Source of the DNA: Marsupella aquatica
Taxonomy: Eukaryota; Plantae; Marchantiophyta
Assembly: GCA_973895155.1 (NCBI GenBank)
Contig: OZ316897.1
Span: 5,655,327-5,719,326 of the forward strand
Direction of reading: 5' to 3'
Length of the DNA stretch: 64,000 bases
The notes under the pieces are model-generated. The model ran no database searches. It was not told the DNA's origin and was given only the letters and a program-made list of their open reading frames with translations. A program made the translations under genes and the position numbers. Of this stretch, positions 12,438 to 23,597 are shown piece after piece; position 1 is the first letter of the stretch; each line of letters opens with the position of its first letter.

Positions 12438-15400
12438 TGTGATGCCTAGCCAGGAATCACTAGGCCAGTTAAGTGGGGAAAATGGAGGTGTACCCTATAA
12501 ACACATTAGTATAGTAACAAAAACAAGGAAAATATAAACAATTAAGGATGACTATGGAACCCGGGCAGAGGCCAGAGGTAAGGACGTCGGGGGAGAGAAC
12601 ACGATTAAGGTTAGGGTGCGCTAAGCATCGGCGGCTAGGGGTAACCAATGGGAGGAAAGACCAGAGGAGGAGAGGGGTAAGGACCGCTCGCGAGGAATGG
12701 TGGCTCATTTGCAAGCACGAACTGGGCAGACGACTATGGAAGGCCAACTACTATCAGCTGCTTAGGCAAGCACTCTGGGCGGGAGCAAATACCAACGATC
12801 GAGTCAAGGAGGGTATGAGCAACATCAATCAAGTGGCATATTTTTGGGGATGCCTGTTCGAACGGGCAACTAAGTACATTAGGACTTACGAGAACAAAGA
12901 ATCGGAGAGAGAAGCTCGAGAATGGCAGGAGCTCCCTCGACTGTGGGAGCTGCAAAAGTCTGCCTTCTTAGGAGGAGAACTCATCAAGGCCGAGTTCTTG
13001 TGGACTCCTACTGCCAATCAGCTTGATGACCTTCTGTTTTGCGAAGACAGAATCGTCGGCATTCGAGAAGCCATCAACCACTGCAATGATGCGCACTAGG
13101 AGTTGAAGGGTAGCACGGAGGGGTGGACAAAGGCAACTGTGCTAGGAGAAACATCCATGGCAGCCAAGATGAAGAGGAAAGGAAACAACAACGAAGAGGC
13201 CACCCCGGCAAAAAGAACGAGGTCGGCGGCACCAAGGAAGCCAGTAGAGCAGCAGAACAGGAGGTAGGGAGAAGCCGAAGAGGAGGAGGTCGATCCCATC
13301 AATGCCATTCCAACAAAGGATGACACCTGGAAAGGCTGGGTGGTGACCCTACCAGAGGAAGTGCAATTACATTTTGCACGGGAGGAGGATGCATGCTTTA
13401 CGGCCATGCAGACCAAGAAGTACCAGGGCTTCATGGCTGGATCCGGCTTGGAAGCCTTCATAAGATTACCATGGCTGAAGCCGGAGGTGCCGGACTCAAA
13501 CTTATTAGAATTCGTGGGATCATGGGAACCCGAGACCAATTCCACGAGGGTGTATGGGAAGGATTTCTATCTCACTCCCCGGGTGATTGTCGAGGTGTTT
13601 GGCTTGCCGATGGGTAATAAGACAAAGGTTGATACCAGGAAGACCTTACCTGACAAGGAGTCCCGGTCGTTCCCAGGACCATCAACAAAGAATGGCTTCT
13701 TCCGGAACACCTGCACCAACCCGCACATCGGAGAGATGATCGATTTCTTGCGGGTGACCATGCATTGTAACTTGCCGAGGGTAGAGATCGGCAAGGCTCA
13801 GGTCTACTTGGCAGAAAGGTCAGACCCAAGCCAGGATTACAACGGGTACCTCCTCAACCAACTGAAGAAGATCTTGAAGGAGGAACAGCAGGTGATCGGC
13901 GTGGGAAGCGTGTCCCGGCTTGGCTATCACATGCCGCTGTTGTGCCGGTATGCCAGAAGTCAAATATTTTCCCCAGTACTTCCCCTATCGGCAAGGGCAC
14001 CGGAGGAGGTTCCGGAGTAGAGGCCGGCAATAGAAGAGCCCAACCAGCCTGCCAGTCCTACGATCGAGCAGGTGTTTCGGCCAAGGAAAGAAGACTTGCC
14101 GATGCAACAATCAGGCATGCAGAATCTGCTAAAATTGCTGGAGAAGGAGAGAACGGCACCGGCAACGGCACCGGTACAAGCACTGCCCCAGAGGCCAGCC
14201 TAAGCCGACTCAAGAGGGAAAACCCCTTTACCGGAGCCAACGAGAGAAGGAGGCCGAAACACAAGCCGGGAGTGCGAATGTATGTGGGAGCCTCAAGCCC
14301 CGAATCGGAGGCAGAGCAGCCTAAGGCTCCTTCCTGCGGAAAGCAGAGGGAGAGGACAACCTGGAAACCAGAGGAGGAACCAGAGCCCGTGATCTGTGAG
14401 GCCGTTTTCACGGCAGGACCAGGGGAACGAAAGGGGAAGCCAGGAGTCCAAGCAATGGAGGAGGCGGTGGAGGACTACAACAATGATAACTCCGGCTATG
14501 GGTCGGATCATCATGTTCCAGGAGTAAGGACCTGTGGCCGGTTTATCCCCACGCTTCCAAGAGTAGTTCGAGGGGACCCCACCCAGCAGAGTAGCCCTGA
14601 GTCTCCCCCACCAGAGGTTGCTCCCCCGAGCTTTGACGGTATAAAGCAGACGGCACAAGATTTTCAGGAGCGACTTAGGGAGGAAGAGAAAGCAGCCCTG
14701 GCTAGGGAGAAAGATTTACCAGGAGGAGATTGGCCGGAGGACATCAGGCGGCTTGCCGAAAAAAGAAGCAACCCTCTTGCCACCGTAGAAGAAATCCGCA
14801 AGGCGGCTTGGGAACAGAGGCCGAGGTGGTTGATGCCGATGACTTCTACTTACTCTACCTATGCTAAAGATAGAGCCATGGAGTACGGGGAGATGTGTGG
14901 GGACCTGGCGCTCAACATCTTTGGGGAGGAGTTGGAGCAGGGACCTTTTTTCCAGAGGGAGATGTTGGAGAAGCACCGATTAGAAGAAGCGGTGGCTTTG
15001 GAGAGAAGCAAGAAGGACGAGGTCATCCGGCGGCTTAGGGAGATGGAAGCCAAGGTGGAAGACCTGCAGGCGGCCAAGAAAGCCCAAGATGAGCTACGGA
15101 TTAAGCGACATGAGCTAAACATCATGCAAGGACAATTGGATGCCGCTCAGTCTGGCAATCAGATTATCAAAGATAAACTGACTTGGACCCAAGGAGAGTT
15201 GGCCGGTGCGGTCAAGGACAGGGAAAAGTGGAAGCACGAGCTGAGGGACGCAGAGGAGGCCCACATAACCGCCAACAACCGGGCCATGGTGGAGACTCAG
15301 AGAAGGGAGAGGGCGTTGAAAGGAGAGCTCGAAGATATCCGCGGAGCCCTTGAGCAGAAGGAGGCCGAGTTAGGGAAATCCTATCAAGGGATTATTGCGC

Positions 15401-17141
15401 TGCAGCAGGAGCTTGCATCCCTGACAGCCAGCTTCAAGGCCGACCTGCGTGAGAAGGACAACCAGCTCGACCAGACTTATGCCAAGATGAATAAGATGGA
15501 GTCTGAGGTCGTAACGGAACTCGACAAGGAGCTAAGAGCAACCCAGGAGGAGAGGGCTACCTTAAAATTGGAATTGGAGGAAGCCAGAAAGGAGCTGCAG
15601 GAGGGACGGAAGGACCTGGAGGAAGCCCAGGAGGAGTTGGAGGAAACCACCAGGAAGATGGAGAACTTACAGCGGTGGGCCAACAACCAAACGGAGCGGC
15701 TGAAGAAACAGGCCGCAGTATTTAAGTGCTTAGCTTCATCTGGTCCAATTCCAATTGTGGGAACTCCGTTACCAGGAGGGGTACTGGCCAAAGGACAAGC
15801 CGAGACACACGCCCCGGTGCGGAGGTAGGTAGCAAGGGGAAGGGACCAGCTACCAAAATAGGGAAGAAGAAGAAGCGGAAACCTTCTGGGTCGGGGAGTT
15901 ATACGGCTTACCAAGCCGTTGTGACCCAGGAGGTCAACCCGACACCAACCTCCGGCATGGTCACGGTAGTAGATCCACCTGTTGAAGAAGGTGGGGATGG
16001 CAAGGCCGAGGCCGGGATAGCTATTGATGAAGCCAAGGTACCAGATCCTCCACTAGAACATGTCGGGGAGGCCGAAGCCGTATCAAAGGCCGTGACCGAT
16101 GCTGAGGCCAAAGCCGAGGGTGGACCCAGTCAAGCCGATGAAGAGTTGACTCGGTCCGGGGCAAGTAATCTATCAGGGGATGGACCGACGGCAGTGGCTG
16201 CGGGGGAAGCGTTGGGGGCGTCCATTGAGGATCTGCCACCGGTGTCGTGACGGTGCAAGGGCGCCGTTCCTTTTAGGAAGGGCGGACGTGGAGGTAGGAG
16301 GCGTGAGTGGGCAGGGCGGGCTCAGATCTCCAAGTTTAGGATTAGGATCAAGACCAGGAGACGGCCCTAACACTTAGATTAGTGGGATGGCGGATCCACT
16401 GGTAGGAGCAACACTTGTGCTCCTGCCTCGTTGTACAGTTAGGTAGATTATAGGTAGGATAGATTAAGCTTACGCAGCAAAGTTCTGGACAGATCCGCTG
16501 CCAGGATAAATATCTGGGCAGCGGGGAGTCTAGGGTCTTTTCTTTAGCAAGTTTTTAGTTGCACCAGCAGGGCTGGGATCAAGTAGTAAGAGAAGCTCTC
16601 GGTTAGTTATACAATGACCCTTGTGTATATTCATGTTTCCTCATGCCTAAGAACTGAATAGAGTTGGCCTCACGGCTTAGTTCGTAGAGCTTGTGTATGA
16701 GATGTACTGTTTGTATGGCAAGTGCATGGTATAACTCAGTCAGAAGAAGTCATTTTGCTATTTGTGTGTCGCATTAACTTGTGCGAAGAGTGCCCACATC
16801 AATGAAGGGAAGTAGCAAGGGAGTGAGAGTTGGATGTGTCGAGCTGAGAGAGGTCTTAGCGGCATTGGGGATCATTCGGGCGGCGGAATCCAAACATACC
16901 TAATGGAAGACCAGGAGAGGAATACAAGGGAAGGCCTAGAATAGGCCGACTAAGTATCTCATGACCCGATGAAGGATCTGTCCAGTATATGTGTGTAAAA
17001 TGTTAATAGTAGTAGAAGGAGAGTTAAGCAGCGTCCCATGCCGCTAAGCCACGGAAACGGCCTCGCCGAGGATGAAACCTGCGGGAATCGGCTTGAGCAA
17101 GGGGGTTTTCTTGGGTTTGGGGAGCAATGGAACGCACCACA
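12438..17141 (+). mobile_element. 3' LTR (4.7 kb, gene-bearing) of Gypsy element A/B
   Basis: TGTGATG...CACCACA; follows integrase and PPT; colinear with 28381-40090; followed by TSD TAGGT (17142-17146). Confidence 0.92.
12548..16250 (+). pseudogene. LTR-encoded long accessory protein (~1,230 codons): conserved domain + low complexity + coiled coil + basic KKKKRK patch
   Basis: ORFs 12548-13099, 13340-14020, 13942-15828 and 15726-16250 join into one frame when stops and 1-nt deletions are corrected using the other LTR copy; one TAG (14018-14020) is shared by both LTRs. Confidence 0.75.
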
Positions 17142-17912
17142 TAGGTTGATGGAACCTGGAATTTGGAAGACCTCGTCGGGGAGGCGGAGGATGGCTTCCC
17201 CAAAGCCGATGTACTTATCTTTGTCGAAGAAGATCTCAAAGATCTCTTCCTCCTTATAGTACTTGCTTTCAAAGTTGAGTCCAAAATCACAGATATATCC
17301 AGTGGGAACGGCCTAGCAAACGGACTCGGCGTTCAAAATGCTTCTCAACGGCATACCTCCGTGGATTGATATCAGCGAGCAAAGCGGCAAGATGGCTTCC
17401 TATCGCAAGGAATTGATACCAAAACCGGATAGCTGAGCTGGACAGGATAGGGCCGGTCATATGGCAAGGTATGCTTGGTTGCTAAGATAGACAGAGGAGC
17501 TGCTAGCAAAGCTGGCGTGAGGAGTGAACTGATAATTCAGAGGCGGGGAAGGGCTTGCCTTTTATACCCTTGCGGGGCATCAACCGATCGGCCCCTCTTG
17601 CTTTTGATAGTCAAGTCCCTCACGCTTAAAGTGTACCGGCCACTCCTCAGGTCCGGGTCAGGGCATGTCAGAGAGCCGCCTCCCGGATCAGTTATACAGA
17701 TCCAAGGTAGACGGCCATAACGCACTTGTAATCTGGTGATGCGCCACCAGCCTGAGCATGAATGCTCTTTATTGACTAAATTTGTCCTAATCATCATGAC
17801 TAACTAATTTTGTGTCGCTATGCTAATACTATGGACTACTAAGTCCACTTTGCATGTGCTTAGCACGAGTTAAGCCAGATTACTTATTACCAGCCGTGCT
17901 GGCGGTGTCACA
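17142..17912 (-). mobile_element. Element C part 1: 5' end of a gene-bearing LTR (family of D)
   Basis: Starts TGTGACA at 17912 (minus); TATAAAAG at ~17560; ORF start MTGPILSSSAIRFW homologous to D (MSHTILSSSAIRFW); joins 40096 across the TAGGT TSD. Confidence 0.8.
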
Positions 17913-18046
17913 ATTACACTGTATTATGTCATATGTTTTGGCAGATAGTGTGAAGATCAGAACATGTACAGCTAAACAAGAAATGTATTTTCCACTTTCA
18001 TAATGAAATGAAAATTAAATCTGAGTGCATGTGTTCTGAACTTTAA

Positions 18047-18310
18047 GATGGAGTCTAGAAGAGTGTCCATAGGTCACCTTGCCCCTTGGTCCCATCCAAC
18101 ATTTGCCAGGTTGCCTCTACATCACCCAATGAGGGTTTCCCAACACGATCAGAAGCTCTAGAATTGGGAACAAGCCAGAGTGGCACGGTCAGGTCTAAGT
18201 TTACAAATGAGATGTCCTTGCACTCAATGCAATGGCTCCCACACCAGAGTCTTGAGGCAGATTCATGGGCACTTCGTGATTCATGGGAGACATGTGCGGA
18301 CCCCATCTTT
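18047..18310 (+). mobile_element. Possible CACTA transposase-associated domain fragment
   Basis: MRCPCTQCNGSH...IHGHFVIHG resembles the CPCxxC...HLxxxG motif; very short. Confidence 0.35.
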
Positions 18311-19542
18311 TTTATCTCTTTCAGTAAAGCACCATTATTACCCTAATACAGTTAGGATAGCCATAATATGTACTTAAGATACCACCACCAAACAAAGGAA
18401 GGGGAAGTTGCGTACACAGTCACGATAGGTACCGTACCTTTACCAAGTCATGAGTAAAGAGGCAATCATGAACGCCCCCAGAATAACGTCGTAACTAGGA
18501 TCATCAGAATTGGGCCGCTTGACCAAGGCATTTCACGATTACTACAAGACAACGACCGTCCCATTCGTCCGGACGTTTGCAAACCAAAGAGGCACCACAT
18601 TTTGAGCTTAAGGCAGAGGGGCGGACTAGTTCTCATCTCACAACGCATCAAAACGCTTGACAAACCACTCCCCCCCTTACATGAACACTCGGCAATCACA
18701 AGCACCGCCATCCACACACTCCTCACTTACATCGAGCAAAAATGGAAGCGGCAAGAGCACAAAGAGTAGAGGTTCCCCCGACCAAGAACAAGAAGGGAGC
18801 CCTGTTGGCCGAAGAGAAGATCCGCAACTCCATTTGGGAGGTCCAACATATCGAGGAAAGCCGACCGGTACTTGGCAGAGCTAGGATTTATGGCTTGGTC
18901 CGAATGGACCGCTATCTATCAACATCTCAAGCAGGAGAAATCTGCTCACAAATCATTAAGGTAACAATGTCACCGGAGGGGATGTTTATTACGTACCGGG
19001 GAAAGACTTATACTTTCTCCAACCAAAAGTTGTGTGCAATGTTCAATCTTCCTAGGGTATGAGGGCTGTCTCTCATGTACCAAGTAGACCCCCTCGAGCA
19101 AGCAGGCGTACCAAACTTCTTGCAACAGGTGGAGGTCCAGATAAGTTGGGGAAATATACAGTATGGTGCCATCCAGCAGAAGGAGTATCATAAATTCATT
19201 GAGTTTTGCACCAAGTGGGTGATGGTTAAGAGCGGGTACCATCATGCCACAATACCAAGAATTGCCATTACGAGGGCCCTATTCGTGGGATCCCTCCATC
19301 CGCTTCAATTATGGAAGGCAAGTGTATCCACTATGATTGATGCAAAAGGTTGTCCAAAGTTCCCGTCACTATTAGCGTATCAACTAGGAGTTGTAGTACA
19401 CAATGTTTTTGGTAATGGTAATGGTAATGGTAATGTATTATAAGCTCCGGGACCATGAAAGTCAAAGGAGCTGCCACAAAAAGTAAAGTACAATGCAATC
19501 AAAGAAAAGAGCAACCAAAAGAGATTGCTCAGAAGAGGACAA

Positions 19543-22500
19543 CTATGTCCTCAAAGAAACTATGGACCTAGAGAGCCCTGAAAGATTTTCCAAACCTATT
19601 CTCCTTTCCCTATCCACCGCAAAGATATATCTTCCAAGTTGCTGAGGGGGCAGACCAAACAATGCATACAAATCTTTCACCAAGATTTGAGATGCCATCC
19701 TAACCCCCTCATAAAACTTGCAAGCAATGAATACATGATATTCATTCTCTATACTAGAGCTATCACATAGTTGACAAACCCTCTTTTTCCTGTCAATATC
19801 CTTCCATCTCCCTTGTTCTACTTCAAGGTGGTGTGAGCTTAGTCTATACTGAGCAATAAGTTGTCTAAGTTGTACTGAGATAGTACTAGATAAGTATTCT
19901 TGTTCTCGATATTTCTTCATGGGGTTCACATCTCTCATGTAGTATTGCTGCCGTGGGCTAGGTTCATGCCAAAGTTTGTGCAAAGCCTTTTGCTCAAGTT
20001 TTGCTCTTAGCTTGGTTGGGTGTGTTGGCCATTCATGTTCAGGAAAATCCCAAGCATGGGCCCATCTGCACACATCTGCATACCACCCTGTAGCTGAAGA
20101 TGAGCGCAAGGCATGAAAAGGAAATCTGTTTTCCTCCAACTCTCTTACACGCATGATGTATTTGAGTGTGTGGAAGAGTGCCTCCACCTCCAAAGGAAAC
20201 AAGCCTGCCTCTGCAAGTGTAAGTGCATATGGGGTTTGTGACTTGATCCCAAGCTCCATCTCAAGATATAGCTTTTGCAGCCCCTCAATCTGTTGCCACC
20301 CAGATTTAGACACACCTGCTCCCCAAATTGGTGCTCCATAAAGAATGACTGGTTTCACCAAAGCTCCAAAGAGATGTTTCCTTAACCTCCAAGTGTGTAG
20401 ACCAGCTCTTTTGCATTTGTTCATGAATGCATAAAAAGCTCTGTACCCATTGGCAGCCCTAGATTTTACACATGAGGCCCAACTCAAGTTTTGAGAGAAC
20501 TCCACCCCAAGGTATTTGTAGGTCCTCACAAATTCCACCAGATTCCCTTGGAAGTAGAGCTCTGGATTTTGTCGTGTGCCAATGCCCAAACACTTGGTCT
20601 TCTTGAGGTTGACTACCATCCCTGTTGCTTGACAAAACTCCTCCAAGGCATTGAGATGTCTTTGCAAAGCTTCTTGAGCATGAGCAAGTAGGACCACATC
20701 ATCTGCAAATATAAGAAGTTGGAGGACAAACCTACCCAATTGAGTGCCAACTCCACCATGCTCCTCCAAAATGTTGTGTAGCTGATCAATGAAGATGCCA
20801 AATAGAGTTGGTGAGAGAGGACAACCTTGGATCACCCCAAGAGTGCTCCAGATTTCTTCAGAGGTTTCCTTTGAAAGTTTGATGCGCACTTCTTGGTACA
20901 ATTTAGAAACAGCCAACCTGAGCTCTTCAGGCACTTCCAACTCCACCATCCTATCCCAAAGCTTGGATCGGGAAACTTTGTCAAAGGCCTTGGAGAAGTC
21001 CACAAACAAGCAAAATAATGGTTTATGTGGAGATTTGGCCTTTTCACACAACACCCTCAAGCAGAGAATGTGATCCATAGTGCTGAATTCTCTCCTAAAA
21101 CCTGCTTGTGAAGGTGCCCTTTTCATCTCACTCTCCAACCAAGAGCTTAATCTGGCTTCAAGTAGTCCTCCCAAAACTTTAGCAAAAGTATTGCCTACCA
21201 TGATGGTTCTGTAGTTGTGCACATCGTCCTTGTTGCCTGCCTTGAAGATAGGCACCACTCTTCTGGTCATCCAAGCTTTAGGTAAACCTAAAGCCATTGC
21301 TTGATTCAGCTCATGCACCAAGTTTGTTAATAAAGAGGGTCCTCCCCACAAAAGAAGCTCCAAGTTCAGGCCCAACAGATCTTTAGCTTTCCCATGTTGC
21401 ATGTGGGAAAGATGCACCTTCACCTCCCTCTCTGTAAACTGAATGGTGTCCCCAAGGGGCAAAGGCATGCCACTAGCATCTGGAAAGAAATACAAGGATG
21501 TGACATAGGTTACCAGGTCCTGGTGATCCAAGGGGGGAGTAGTCTTGCCTGATTGCATTCTCTCCCAAAAACGTTTTGGATGTTTGATGAACTCCTCACA
21601 TAGTGATTGTTGATGACTCTTCAAGAAGCACCTCTTCTTGTGTTTGATGAAGTTCTTGTACATAGTGAATGCCAAAAATCTCTTTTCCCCTGAATGTGAT
21701 CTTGCTTGCATCCTTGCTCTAGCACAATCCTCGTCAAACCAAGCCTTCATGTTTTGCTTTCTAGGGGGTTTGGTGGAGAAAGTAGAGGTTGCTGCTTGTA
21801 CTATGACTTCTGAGAGCTCAATCTGATCATCCAGGGTATGGAGAAGATGTTCAAAGTTGGCTTTGAAGATGACTTCTCTATCAGGGTCTAGAAACAGAGG
21901 TTTGGGTACTGGCTTTCTATGCACTTTGTTTGGGATTGTGGTCAGGTCAAGATGGAACAACAAAGGCAAGTTTGAAGACTCTGGTTGTTGATCAAGTATT
22001 TGAAAGTCAACCACTCTAGTGGCAGAGGTAGGTGAGGCAAGAAGGTAATCAATGGTACTACATCCTTGTTTAGATCTAAAAGTGTAACCAGATGATTGGG
22101 GAAATCTCTCAAGCCCATTCAATATTCTTAGATTACAAGAAGCTCCCAAATGCAAAAAGTGACGTGTCATGTCATTTGTTCTGGTGTCAAGAGCCTCCTC
22201 TCTCACCCAAGGTAGCTCTTCACTACATGATGACCAAGGTAAAGTTCCTAAGTCCTCACTTTCAGTAAATTGTTCATTAGATACCCTGGCATTAAAGTCC
22301 CCCACTATCCATGTCTCCCCTAGTGGTGATATATCATGAATGACTTGGATTAACCTATGAAATGGATAATGTGCATCAGCAATTCCCATCTTATAGACAT
22401 TCATATTAAGGGGAGCAAAGTAGGTGACAATCAGAAATGATGGAGTACCTCTGGTATGAAGTCTCACCACCATGAACTGCTTGCTGGGATCTTCATGCTC

Positions 22501-22749
22501 AATAGAGGTGATGTGTTGAAGTTGATTCTTGGTGTAGACAGCAATGCCTCCAAACCCTCTTCCCCGTGTGGTCTTCTTCTCATTGAAGATGGATTGTATG
22601 CAAGTAAAGCCTTTAATGCTAGGTAGAGCATTTCCCTCATATTCCCAAGTCTCCGTGAAAAGCAAGATGTCAAAATTCTCAAACAAAGGTTCCCCTCCAA
22701 TTGCTGTTTCTATGGAAAGTCCTGAAACATTCCATGCCATGACTCTCAA
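19543..22749 (-). CDS. LINE ORF2: APE endonuclease + reverse transcriptase + C-terminal Zn finger
   Basis: 1068-aa open frame; WNVSG, FTETW, VGDFNAR, TIDY; QAGFR, VDFSKAFD, QGCPLSP, FADD, YKYLG; RLSSHHLEVEQGRW..CQLC..EYH..C (RTEX-type). Confidence 0.95.
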   Translation of the reverse strand: MRVMAWNVSGLSIETAIGGEPLFENFDILLFTETWEYEGNALPSIKGFTCIQSIFNEKKTTRGRGFGGIAVYTKNQLQHITSIEHEDPSKQFMVVRLHTRGTPSFLIVTYFAPLNMNVYKMGIADAHYPFHRLIQVIHDISPLGETWIVGDFNARVSNEQFTESEDLGTLPWSSCSEELPWVREEALDTRTNDMTRHFLHLGASCNLRILNGLERFPQSSGYTFRSKQGCSTIDYLLASPTSATRVVDFQILDQQPESSNLPLLFHLDLTTIPNKVHRKPVPKPLFLDPDREVIFKANFEHLLHTLDDQIELSEVIVQAATSTFSTKPPRKQNMKAWFDEDCARARMQARSHSGEKRFLAFTMYKNFIKHKKRCFLKSHQQSLCEEFIKHPKRFWERMQSGKTTPPLDHQDLVTYVTSLYFFPDASGMPLPLGDTIQFTEREVKVHLSHMQHGKAKDLLGLNLELLLWGGPSLLTNLVHELNQAMALGLPKAWMTRRVVPIFKAGNKDDVHNYRTIMVGNTFAKVLGGLLEARLSSWLESEMKRAPSQAGFRREFSTMDHILCLRVLCEKAKSPHKPLFCLFVDFSKAFDKVSRSKLWDRMVELEVPEELRLAVSKLYQEVRIKLSKETSEEIWSTLGVIQGCPLSPTLFGIFIDQLHNILEEHGGVGTQLGRFVLQLLIFADDVVLLAHAQEALQRHLNALEEFCQATGMVVNLKKTKCLGIGTRQNPELYFQGNLVEFVRTYKYLGVEFSQNLSWASCVKSRAANGYRAFYAFMNKCKRAGLHTWRLRKHLFGALVKPVILYGAPIWGAGVSKSGWQQIEGLQKLYLEMELGIKSQTPYALTLAEAGLFPLEVEALFHTLKYIMRVRELEENRFPFHALRSSSATGWYADVCRWAHAWDFPEHEWPTHPTKLRAKLEQKALHKLWHEPSPRQQYYMRDVNPMKKYREQEYLSSTISVQLRQLIAQYRLSSHHLEVEQGRWKDIDRKKRVCQLCDSSSIENEYHVFIACKFYEGVRMASQILVKDLYALFGLPPQQLGRYIFAVDRERRIGLENLSGLSRSIVSLRT

Positions 22750-22761
22750 GGTCCCGATCCA

Positions 22762-23535
22762 TCATTTAGAAACAACTCTCTTCTTATTGGTAACAACAGC
22801 TTGTCCATTGCGCAAGTAGGCTACCAATCCTTGGTCTTTGGCTACCCTCACCTTCTCAAGCTCAATTTTCCTTGCTTGGACTTGTGTGGGAGTCAGATCA
22901 TCATCCAACCAAATCCTTAGCCCTTTAAGCATGCTCCTGTTAGCCATCACTCTAGCTTTCTCGGATTCAGCTGCAAACTTCACCAAGATTGGACGTGGAA
23001 GGTCCCCCTTCTTTTGCCCAATCCTATATGCTTGCAAAATGATAGGGTCATGCACTTTCATCTGAGATTGGAAGAATGAAATTGCTACCTTCTTGGTGTC
23101 TTCCTTCTCCTCCTCAACAAGGCCTGATATTTTGCAGTTGCTGACTCTTGCATGCTGGTTCTTGTGTTCTTCCTCTAGTGCTCTCCTCTCCTCCTCCTTG
23201 GCTTGGACAAATTTCATATGTGATTGTTTTGCAGCCTGTGCAAAGGTTTTGAGCTTTTCCTCAATCTCCCCTACAGCCTCATGTATCACTGATTTCTCTG
23301 GGCACATACTTTTCTCCATGTCTCCAAAACACGATGCAAGCAATGAGAGTTGCTTACCATTCTCCTGAGTTTGAGATCGAAGATCACTAATCAACCTCTT
23401 TTGCTTGACATTCTCATTCTTTAGCTCCGTCACCTCCTTGTTGAGTGTGGTAATCTCAATTGCGGAGTTTTCAACCACAACTAAGATTTTCTCAAGCAAA
23501 GCCTTGAGATGGGCAATCTCCTCCGTTGCCATCAC
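22762..23535 (-). CDS. LINE ORF1 (coiled coil + RRM-like/CTD-like region)
   Basis: 257 aa; N-terminal heptads; ISGL.E, AYRIG, PRPILVKF, IWLDDDLT. Confidence 0.9.
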   Translation of the reverse strand: MMATEEIAHLKALLEKILVVVENSAIEITTLNKEVTELKNENVKQKRLISDLRSQTQENGKQLSLLASCFGDMEKSMCPEKSVIHEAVGEIEEKLKTFAQAAKQSHMKFVQAKEEERRALEEEHKNQHARVSNCKISGLVEEEKEDTKKVAISFFQSQMKVHDPIILQAYRIGQKKGDLPRPILVKFAAESEKARVMANRSMLKGLRIWLDDDLTPTQVQARKIELEKVRVAKDQGLVAYLRNGQAVVTNKKRVVSK

Positions 23536-23597
23536 AAAGCTGAAACTGTTGTTAGAATGTACTCTTAGACGACAAATAGAAATTGGGAGCAGTAGAG

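Larger units (their letters stand above)
8570..12449 (+). pseudogene. Ty3/Gypsy (Athila/OTA-like) pol: RT, RNase H, integrase (element A/B)
   Basis: RT motifs WVSPIVIVPKK, LKDHFPLPF, FIDD; RNase H VFVDVS..ERNYSTT.REAL..TDH; integrase H..GH..C..C, WGIDYLGP, SDRG, KANGLTE, RWLGPF; several stops/frameshifts; split by a LINE at 9619-10503. Confidence 0.93.

Noticed and set aside
13942-15828. Host SMC/myosin-like gene
   Set aside because: Coiled coil only, intronless, duplicated within the LTR pair
12548-16250. Envelope (env-like) gene
   Set aside because: No signal peptide or transmembrane segment evident; basic NLS-like patches suggest a nuclear protein
19411-19431. Interstitial telomeric repeat (GGTAAT)n
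   Set aside because: Attached to the LINE 3'UTR or derived from it; not TTTAGGG
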